DNA from: Perkinsus chesapeaki ATCC PRA-425 | Lineage: Eukaryota > Protista > Perkinsozoa | Assembly (NCBI GenBank): GCA_013115145.1 | Contig: JAAPAO010000233.1 | Span: 1-49,271 of the forward strand | DNA length: 49,271 bases | Direction: 5' to 3' | Shown: positions 24,201 through 32,782 of the stretch, piece by piece | Layout: each line of letters begins with the position of its first letter | Numbering within the stretch: the first letter of the stretch is position 1 | The notes under the pieces: model-generated | What the model was told of the DNA's origin: nothing | The model's input: the letters and a program-made list of their open reading frames with translations, nothing else | Database searches by the model: none | Position numbers and translations under genes: made by a program

Positions 24201-25600
24201 ACGCTATAAGTTACTGGAATCCCTTCTCCAGAATAATAAAATATCCAACTTGCTCGAGCATTCCTGGAATTTCGATGCTTGCATTATTGCCACTTAACTT
24301 CCTATATCTACTCCTACTAAAAATTTTGCTGGCCTCATAAAAGTTGTGCACAGCGTAATGGGGTATTCGTCTCTGCTGTTCAAAAATCGCCAAAATTTTC
24401 CGGAAAATCGGGAAAAATAAAAAAAAATCGCCAGAAGTATCTTACTTTTTCCGTTCGGCTAAATATTTTCCATTTCCACAGCCAACATCAACAACGATAC
24501 TTCCAACGGGGAAATCAGATACGAATTGCCACACCTTAGGCCATCGTTTATATCTGAGTTGAAAAATATCTTTTCAGCGGAGCGAAGCGTTTCATGTTTC
24601 ACATTTTCTTACCGGGTATGGGAAAAATGGTGCGCAATTTGGTCGTAGACTTTGAACACTTGCTTATCACAATCAACCTCCTGGGAATCTACAGGAATCG
24701 ACCTTTTATCGCTCGGCGCCGTTTTAACCTGAAAATATCTTCTATCGCACTGCGAAGAATCTCACAAATAACAAGTAATTAATTCCGAAAATGTGATTCG
24801 TAGGTCAAGTCCCATTGGGCCTGGCCCAATCATGGTATCCAATATTCTCGCGCGCCATAAAATTACGACCGCGTCGCCACGAAATTATTTCCTACGGTAG
24901 GAATCCTACCTGTGGTTTCTGGCGTTCCTTTCTTCCGAGTTTTTTACGCTTGCCTTCTTTCGGCATTTCCGTCATTTGATTGGTAGAAAAATACCCCCAC
25001 TGGGATTCGAACCCTCGCCCTCTCGATTACCAAAATTATTGCACTCGAAGCAACACCGACGAAATCTGGTAAATTCTTAACACCATTAATTGAACATTAA
25101 ATATGCATTAAAAATGACCTCGCCAGGGTTCGAACCTGTGCCGGTTTTCACCCTACAGGTATCGCTTCTATTCGATCGATAAGTTGATTCCAAAGCATCG
25201 TATCTTTCTGGCATAAATCTGGACTCGAGTCTTCCATAGATTCCGGGTATCTAAATCTCAGAATTAGAAAAAAAAATTCGAAAAAATCCTGAAAATTTTC
25301 CGACACGGAAAGTGAATCCGTGTAGCTGAGCGATAGTCTTGTGTGTTCTGCCAAAAATGTTTTAATGCCAACAATTTTTGAAAATTATTCACAAACGTCA
25401 GCCACTTGATTTATGTGCATCCGTGCAAAGAGGATCCATCTGGCAACTAACTCGAGGGGCTATTTCGTAATTTTTGAAATTTCAACGGAAAAGCCATACA
25501 GAAATTTACAGCGCGTCAATTCGAATCAATTCGTTGTTACGAGAACTTCACGGAGTGTCTTCTTGCCATCCTGTGCCAAAGGCTTGCAACTTTGTGAATA
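21293..25600 (-). CDS. TRM9: TRM9/ALKBH8-type tRNA (mcm5U) methyltransferase. Core exons 24613-24760, 24446-24553, 23391-23466, 23253-23345, 22798-22887, 22317-22413, 21847-21950, 21293-21409. In-phase upstream exons 25031-25065, 25152-25250, 25307-25347, 25397-25459, 25541-~25600; start not located
   Basis: VYDQIAHHFSHTR/YKRWPKV, VDVGCGNGKYL, LGTDRS, DGAISIAVIHH, ARLLRIGGQGLVYAWAMEQ, QDVLVPW, YHRYYHVF, YFDSNNW. Phases are compatible at all junctions. Confidence 0.85.
24577..24606 (+). repeat. 30-bp intron cassette GCGGAGCGAAGCGTTTCATGWTTCACATTT, copy 1
   Basis: 29/30 identical to the inverted copy at 26739-26768. Confidence 0.8.
24988..25030 (-). repeat. tRNA 3'-half cassette (positions 35-73) forming an intron 5' end
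   Basis: GTAA TCGAG AGGGC GAGGG TTCGAAT CCCAG TGGGGGT A TTTTT. Confidence 0.7.
25111..25151 (-). repeat. tRNA 3'-half cassette (positions ~37-73) forming an intron 5' end
   Basis: GTGAAAACCGGC ACAGG TTCGAAC CCTGG CGAGGTC A TTTTT. Confidence 0.7.
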
Positions 25601-25731
25601 ATCTCACGCATGAAATTTTTTTGTCATGATCGATCACAGGAACACTGTGATTTAACCATACCAATCAATTATACTTTCACCATTTCCGGAATTTTTTTCG
25701 GGAAAATTTCTGAAATTTTCATTTCTCTTAC

Positions 25732-28049
25732 TCGTCAAACACTCCGGTGAAATATCTCCGCCCAGGCACATCGTCCTTCCTAAAAATCCACATGTAAAAA
25801 GCGCACGCCCACATGATCGATTACGGCCCACTGCGCCCCATCTTCACGGTACGTTGGACACTTTTTCGACGGAAATTAGGGACCTGAATCCATTTCATGA
25901 CAATATTGCGGCAAATGGGACTTTTTCCGTATCTTCCTTTTATGACACTCGGATTCGACTGGTTGGTATTCTCTGCGCAAAAGTGAAAAAATTGAGCCTG
26001 AACTCGCATTTTTGAAAATCACCGAATTCCGGTCTCTAGATGACGCGTTCTGTCATTTTTTAAATTTTCTAGATAGATTTTTAAAAAAATCACACCAAAA
26101 ATTTCTCGGAATTTTTCTCACGCGCCCCAAAAAACTTACAAAGGGAACCGGTATCTGTTTGTTAAGCAGAAGATTCCACTCGATGCCCTTGAAAAATTTA
26201 TGATCCTTCAACTGACAAGAAGAGAACATCAAAAACCGCGCGCCACGAAATTCTCACCTTGGCAAGAAGCCCTGCTATGCGATTTTCCGGATTGAAAACG
26301 AGAAGCGTTTTAACCAGATCTTTCGTAACCCGATCCATTCCCTTCCGTTTGCCCCACCTAAATCGAAATCGATCAATCGGGCGCGCGCTTTTTACATACC
26401 GAATATTAACAGCCATTATAGCTTGGTGAATGTTAAAATGATCGCTAGCATCTTTGGACCAGTCTGATAAAAGTGATTTAAAAATGACGGGTGCCGGGAT
26501 CGAACCCACAACCTTTGGCTTACCCCACGGACATCTCAACATTATTAATTCGAATACTAATACTCCAAGTGCCCACCAATCGGGTTCGAAACTGAAGGGG
26601 AGAAAATTTCAGGAAAAATTCCAGAAAAGTAATTTTTCCGAAAAAAATTTAGAAAATTTCCAACTTACCTGTACGGCTTGTTCAAAAGCATCTCCGGCGC
26701 CTGATAGATAAGTGTGCCGCAATTTGTCCGAGTTCCTGAAATGTGAATCATGAAACGCTTCGCTCCGCCTTTACGGAAATTATCTTGTGGCTCCAGCCGT
26801 TTCGCCATACCAAAATCGACCAGTTTTATGTGGCCCTAAAAATGCGGTAAAATGCCGCCGCCGAGGATCGAACCCACGAGATCGTCAAGCATGCAGTTCT
26901 CCGGTTTAATGTCTCGATAGACGGTATGACGATTATGAAGATACTCCAAAGTCAGAACCAGCTCCCCAATCCAGTGCTGCGCAACTCGAGGAGTTACTCC
27001 ACCTATAGGAAAAAAATATTTTTCACTGAAATTTTTGCCGGAAAGATTCGGTCTTTTTGTGGAAAAATTTTCGAAGAAATATTACAATAGCTTATTGGAG
27101 TTTGTTTCAGGAGAGTTATTATTTTAAGAGCTCATTTTAGAAACATTGCCAAAAATCGTTATTAAAAAAATGAAAATTTTTGGGAAATTTCCCGAAAAAA
27201 GTCCCAGAAAGAAATAATCTTCTCACAGGACAACCAGTCTGCCGGAAGTCAGCAGGACAGAGAAATTTACCGATTTTTCCGACACCCGAAGGTCCCGAGT
27301 TCGATCCCTCCCACCCGTAATTGGATTTCGCTCCAACTTGCTGCCTCTGCTGTGAATCACTTTATAAAGCTCTCCGCCTGAAAAAATTTCGGAAAATTTT
27401 CCAAAAATTTTCCGGAAAATCTCTGACCTGTGCAAAATTCCATCAAAACGAAGACTCGTTTAGGGTCGTGGAAAATCTTCAAGATTCCGACGATAAACGG
27501 AAACTCAATTTGACCGAGAATCTCAACTTCATGCTTGATTGCTTGGGCCTGAAACAAATATCGATCGCGTGATCGATTACGGAAAATTCCACAATTCTGG
27601 ACAAAGAAAATCCTTTCACCTTGCATTTGAAGCTGATATCGATCACCTGATCGATTTGCATACGAGATGGCCCACAAACCATCTCTCATCGGGAAAAATT
27701 TTCCGGAAAAAACAAAAAAAAGGTTTTGCCGAAAAAACTTACGGCGTTGATAATCGACCCTCGATATTTTTTCGCTACTTTCACTTTATTGAGAATCTTC
27801 AACGCACAAGGAACCTAAAATATGAAATGCACGTTCAACCTCAAGATACCCCTTACAATGCTGAGCTTCTGCAGATCCTCAATTGGAATCGGGTCAGACC
27901 CGGCCGAATCTGGCTCTTGCTGCTTCAGATAACACAATCGTACTCGACCGTATCTTAGGTTGGAGCAAATCGATCACGTGATCGATTAAACAATAGCGTT
28001 ACCCTCCCATCCCAACCGTTTGAAAGACATCCAAATCTGCCAATGACAT
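25732..28049 (-). CDS. PKA-like AGC Ser/Thr protein kinase. Exons 28003-28049, 27857-27953, 27743-27814, 27428-27548, 27315-27377, 26878-27002, 26775-26835, 26669-26735, 26524-26591, 26400-26463, 26258-26357, 26140-26211, then 25853-25883; 3' end uncertain
   Basis: VGMGG/YGRV, ALKILNK, HEVEIL, LMEFCTG/GELY, VYRDIKPENCMLD, IKLVDFGMAK, CGTLIYQAPE, DWWALGVLVFE, HKFFKGIEW, IPVPF/VP. All phases are compatible. Confidence 0.9.
26481..26523 (-). repeat. tRNA 3'-half cassette (positions 35-73) forming the 5' end of a 60-nt kinase intron
   Basis: GTAA GCCAA AGGTT GTGGG TTCGATC CCGGC ACCCGTC A TTTTT. Confidence 0.75.
26739..26768 (-). repeat. 30-bp intron cassette, copy 2 (fills a 39-nt kinase intron)
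   Basis: Intron 26736-26774 = GTAAAG + cassette + CAG. Confidence 0.8.
26849..26877 (-). repeat. tRNA T-arm cassette forming the 5' end of a 42-nt kinase intron
   Basis: GTGGG TTCGATC CTCGG CGGCGGC A TTTT. Confidence 0.7.
27281..27319 (+). repeat. tRNA 3'-half cassette antisense to the kinase, overlapping a 5' splice site
   Basis: GACAC CCGAA GGTC CCGAG TTCGATC CCTCC CACCCGT A. The minus-strand intron begins at 27314. Confidence 0.65.
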
Positions 28050-28500
28050 TGCTCTTGGTACCACATAACATCGGAAAGTATGTATTAATTTCGTCGTATC
28101 TTCAGCAAGTATCTGACAACCTCTTCATCGCCTGCAGTCACCTACACTCTTAAGTATCAGCTTATCGCTAGTCTTTCGACAAACAAGCACTGTGTCACAG
28201 TTCGGTGTTAAAAATGTCTAATAAATTGCAATTTTGCAAATTTCGACATTTCCAATCAAATGATACCTAACACATCTCCGTTTATGCCGATAACTCATCC
28301 AAATCTTTCTTATTTAGTTTTCTGACCACACTGAGTTCACTGTGCGCCGCCGCGGCCGCCCGCTCCCGTGTGCATGCGTGCACAGCTAACCTCCGCTTGA
28401 TAATTTAAGCCAAACGAGAAGGATTGCCTCCATCGATCTCCTTCTCGTCTGGTTTCCTCATATAAACGAATAACAGTTTCCGACAAGTTCTTTTCTATCG

Positions 28501-28618
28501 AGTTGGTCGGTATATTATATACCGACCAACTGTAGGGGTCAGTGTAGGGGACTGTACTGTGACAGTACAGTTTTAGTGTTTGAGAACGTTGCGGTATATA
28601 CCGTATATACCGCAACGT
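28501..28618. repeat. Cluster of three perfect inverted repeats with 1-nt centres
   Basis: Arms of 15 bp (28501-28531), 10 bp (28551-28571) and 16 bp (28586-28618). Confidence 0.9.
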
Positions 28619-29465
28619 CCTCAAACAAGCCCGAAAAAAAATTTAATTTTCTCTAAAATCGACAGCAACCGAGCTAAAAATCGTAACCCCTTACGAAAAC
28701 ATGAACCTAACGCATCAGCCTGAGCACACTGATAGACTCACTGAGCTTCAACCTAAGATACCCCCCAAAAAACTACGCTCCGCCGCCGCTCGCCCATTCC
28801 TTTTTGGACCAAAGCGAGAGGATCCGCGTTTTCCTCTCCCATATCTTCAGAACTGCTTCCAGCGAAGAGCATCGAACTCAACTGAACAGGCGGAAAAATC
28901 GCGGGAAAAATGATAAACTTTTTTCGCCCCGTGGGGGAAAATCCAAATAGGGAATCAGGGAGGTGAATAAATGATAGAGAACAGAATTTTGCAAATAGCC
29001 CTTTGACATCCAAAGGAAAATTAGGAACATTTTTGTACGTAGTTTGCGTAGCTACCAAACTTTCAGGACAAATTTTCCCGGAAATAAAAATGTTCCAGTA
29101 CAAAACATTCATGTGATACATGTAAATTTGATGCTTTCTTTGAGCATCAAATTTTCACAGTTTTAATAAAATAAATCCAAGCACTTACGCAGCCGAATGT
29201 GTGGAGAAGTTTGAGCTAGAAAAAGTAGGGATCGATTAAGCCACAATTAACTTAACTCTGAGGAGATATCCCGGAGGAAGCTCCGGTGGGAAAAATGGTC
29301 CGAAGGAGGAAAACATAAAATTCATTCCTCCTGGGCGGACTAATAGCGTTATATTACGAACCATCTTCGGAAGCTGCTCCACTGAAGGAGGCCGTGAAAA
29401 ATCTGCAATTTCCATTTTTCCAATTCTTTACATATTTCACTAAATTTATTTTTTTTAATAATTTT

Positions 29466-29590
29466 TTTTTCAGAAATTTCCATTTTTTTCCAGAAATTAC
29501 CATTTTTTTCAGAAATTTTCATTTTTTCAGAAATTTTCATTTTTTCAGAAATTTTCATTTTTTCAGAAATTTCCATTTTTCAGTAATTTC
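29466..29590. repeat. 18-bp tandem repeat (CAGAAATTTTCATTTTTT) x ~6
   Basis: Visible units; they generate the spurious MKISEK ORF. Confidence 0.85.
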
Positions 29591-30979
29591 ACTTTTCCCC
29601 TCAACAATTCCGTCCAGCCACCCCTCCCCTTTTCCCACTACCCTCCGTGTAAGCTGTTTCATTGATGGATGACTCGAAAAATCCATTCGACCGTCTGAAA
29701 TATGAAAAATTTCCGACAAAAAATACCAATTTTCTTACTTCCAGGGCTTCCCGGATCCAAAGACGGTCGAGGTACGACCTAGAAAAATGAACTAGAAATC
29801 CTCTAAGAGATTTAGAAGTGTCAATTCTGCCTTCTAACAAGCCAACTTAGGCTTGTTAGACTTCACAGCAAATCGATTGGATTCCCAGCGACCATTTGCG
29901 TCCAAAAGTTGAGCTCTGATAGAGTTTTGCCACTAATAAATAATGGCAATAATTCCAATCTATTTCAATCGGCCGAAATCAATCCTTTTGAGTTCACGGT
30001 ATAGAACAATTCATCAGGATTTATAGTGATAGTTGTACTTTAAAAAAGATATTTTATATCAAATTTGCCAAAGATATTTTTCGAGGTAGCTTTCAATAAT
30101 CCCTCCGAGCTAGTACATCTAATGGCTCCACATCATCCTTATTAAATAGAGATAGTCGACAACCCATCAGAAGACATTAAAAAATAATTTTCATCATCAT
30201 CATCGCACAATTCCCTAGAATTTCTTGCGCGCGACGAAATTGCCTGCCGAAACATAGAACAGTCAGTGTTGAATTCATAATGTTCGTCGTACCTTCTTCG
30301 AGCTCGAATTTGAGCTTTGACCAGCAGCCTCTCGACGCGCTCACGGAACTTCTCTCGTGTGGCCGAAGTTGATATTAAACGGTATTATTTTTGGTTTGTT
30401 GGTTAATTAATATTTATTTTATTAATATATAACCAAATTTAGCCAAATTTATTATTGGTTTTGGTTCGTTATTTAATAACAGATAATGTCTGATAACATC
30501 AATCAGACTCCAGCCGTCGAGGCCCCTGAGGCATTCGAGCACCGTAATTTAGTCCGCTTGTCTCAACGCCCGTTGGAAGAAGTCCAACGTAGACATAGAT
30601 TCTCCTAATATTGATCATTTTCGTCGGATTTTTCATATAAATGATGGTAATTCAATATTAATAAGGCCGTCGAGTTGAGCGTAGTAACTATCTATAGTGG
30701 CTCCTAAGGGGTCCAAAACCATTATTATTAATAATGTACCTGTCGAGTGTCCCGGGCTTGTGAGTTCGGGTTCTGCTTCTATGGACACAGGAATCGGTCG
30801 AGCCACACGCGATAGTTTAGGAATTTAAGGCAAAATGAAACACATCCATAAGACCCTTGGTCGAAAAATGGAGGAGACTCGCCAGCCTGGAAACTATATA
30901 TTGAAATACCAATAATAATAAATATGCATTCCAACGTCGCTGTTGCACAATGACCCATCCTTCACAGTTTTAAAGCTCC

Positions 30980-32782
30980 ATGAAGCACCCACTAAACCTC
31001 TCAGCTCTCCCAATAGTCGTGCTTTCCATCGGCCATCGAGCTTGCTGGTTCTCTGGTACGCTTTCCCCTGACATCTGTTGTCAACCGAATCACCACTCCT
31101 GCTGGGACGGCTTCTTTTCGTTCGATCTGTGCTGTCAAAACAAAAGTCCGAAGACCGAGGAAAGATTCAAAATTATGGATGAAATCCTCGGCACATGTTT
31201 CGATAGAATCGAGCAGAACCGTAGCGGTTCCGGTCTCGATGAGCTGGCTTGTCGGGGAGGATCTCACGAACTCATTCGAGAATCTTTTTGGAAGACTTTA
31301 TTCTTCAACCAACGGCTCGCGAAAGTCTCTGTGGGAGACAGCGTAGTTGTCCACGACGAGATCGCCGAGGCATTTTTCGTGCTGATGTCGAAGGACCCGA
31401 AAAGGTTCATGAAAGATTGCGCGCAGGGAGTGGCGGTTTTGGTACTTCATTTGCTCCCGGAAATAAGCTCGCGGTTCGGCGCTGATGAGGCGAAAAGATG
31501 GTACGAGTTTGTGCTGGCCGAAACTAGAAAATTCGGCGCGAATCTGGGCAGGGATTGCAGATGGGTCGATATGGTGCATTTTCATGCCTTCGATCATTAT
31601 CCGATTTTTATGGAGAAAAACCGCCAAGATTGTCCGGTCGATCTAAAGATCTTTTCATACCGTAGTTCTCTTTTCGAGGCCGACTCTGCGATGGCATGCT
31701 ACGCCCGAAATAAATTTTGGAATACTGAAGTGCTTTGGCCGACCTGGTTGGAATCTAGCCATTGCTCTACGGAGAAGATGGATGACGCTGACTTCATATA
31801 TATGCCGATTTTTTGGACTTGTTGGGAGCTGATAAGTCACAAGAAAGATACTCCGGAGGTCGACTTCGTCGCAATCGGCGAGGAGATAGTGCGCACTATA
31901 AAATCGCACGGAGCGTGGTCGAAACCGCAGAAGCATGTTTGGTTGTTTTCATCAGCATCCTGGCCGCTGTTCACTTTTGAACCTCTCCAAGAGTTCATAA
32001 AAAAAGGAATAATTCTGGCGGTCGAACCAAACCCACATTTGCAGCCCAGTTGGGGCGGCCAGACCGGACGCGATATCGACCTGGACAGAGCCGAAATTCA
32101 TACCGCTCTCTTGAGAAAGCATCTAGGATTGGTGGTACCCGCGGTAGTGCCATTCGAGCTCAGTCGAAGACTTCTCCATCAAGACGAGGGACGGAGGAAT
32201 TTTTTCGCCACTTTTCACGGACAGCACGCCCGAAGTTCTGTCCCGAAAGTGGCGCAAAAATACAAGTCGTTCAACGAAACGGTGCGACCGCAGCTGATAG
32301 AAATATTTGCCAACGAAACTTCGACGAGCGTCGGCCTGCCCACCATTGCCTATATGGAGACGATGTCACAGTCTGTATTCTGTCTCTGTCCCCAAGGTAT
32401 CAGCAGCTACACGGCGCGATTGTTCGAAGCATTTTTCGCGGGCTGCATCCCGGTCATCTTGAGCGATGACTACTCCCCTCCGACTTACGGCGGTTTGGTT
32501 CCGTGGCGAGAGTTTTCTATTAAGTGGAACTCGACCGATCTCGCAGGTTTGCGAGATTACCTTCGGATGCTTCTGGCGGACTTCCAGCCGGTTGTGAAGG
32601 ACATGCTCCGGAAAGTTAAAAAATATAGGTGTTGGTTCGATTGGTTCATCGCCAACCGGATCGCCGAGTCACGCGAAAGAGCTTGCTCGCCGTACGCAGG
32701 CGTACTCAAGTCTTTGAGCGATATTAAGATGCAGGGAGATCCACCAGAGGAGTTCTTGCCTCAGTTTTGGTGGCCAGTTTGA
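30980..32782 (+). CDS. Exostosin-family (GT47) glycosyltransferase, intronless, N-terminal signal/anchor
   Basis: ADFIYMP, KHVWLF, FATFHG, YMETMSQSVFCLCPQG, RLFEAFFAGCIPVILSD. Cys-rich N-terminal CC..CW....F..CC motif. Confidence 0.88.
   Translation: MKHPLNLSALPIVVLSIGHRACWFSGTLSPDICCQPNHHSCWDGFFSFDLCCQNKSPKTEERFKIMDEILGTCFDRIEQNRSGSGLDELACRGGSHELIRESFWKTLFFNQRLAKVSVGDSVVVHDEIAEAFFVLMSKDPKRFMKDCAQGVAVLVLHLLPEISSRFGADEAKRWYEFVLAETRKFGANLGRDCRWVDMVHFHAFDHYPIFMEKNRQDCPVDLKIFSYRSSLFEADSAMACYARNKFWNTEVLWPTWLESSHCSTEKMDDADFIYMPIFWTCWELISHKKDTPEVDFVAIGEEIVRTIKSHGAWSKPQKHVWLFSSASWPLFTFEPLQEFIKKGIILAVEPNPHLQPSWGGQTGRDIDLDRAEIHTALLRKHLGLVVPAVVPFELSRRLLHQDEGRRNFFATFHGQHARSSVPKVAQKYKSFNETVRPQLIEIFANETSTSVGLPTIAYMETMSQSVFCLCPQGISSYTARLFEAFFAGCIPVILSDDYSPPTYGGLVPWREFSIKWNSTDLAGLRDYLRMLLADFQPVVKDMLRKVKKYRCWFDWFIANRIAESRERACSPYAGVLKSLSDIKMQGDPPEEFLPQFWWPV

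Noticed and set aside
24300-24375. HEN1-like motif (EYP...LVGVDI)
   Set aside because: Too short, followed by a stop, and TRM9 splices cleanly past it. Kept only as an exon-like island.
15105-24903. 7-bp-arm palindromes (e.g. near 15105, 19697, 24889)
   Set aside because: About three are expected by chance in 49 kb, so they were not counted as evidence.
26581-26592. GGGTTCGAAAC B-box-like motif
   Set aside because: It is kinase coding sequence on the minus strand (SFEPDWW) and lacks the downstream cassette structure.
29349-29672. MKISEK / FFRNFH repeat ORFs
   Set aside because: Products of an 18-bp AT-rich tandem repeat.
28700-30600. Minus-strand multi-exon gene between the kinase and exostosin
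   Set aside because: Protein-like fragments exist (ATREKFRERVERLLVKAQIRARRRY; VLECLRGLDGWSLIDVIRHY) but I could not build a phase-consistent model or assign a family.
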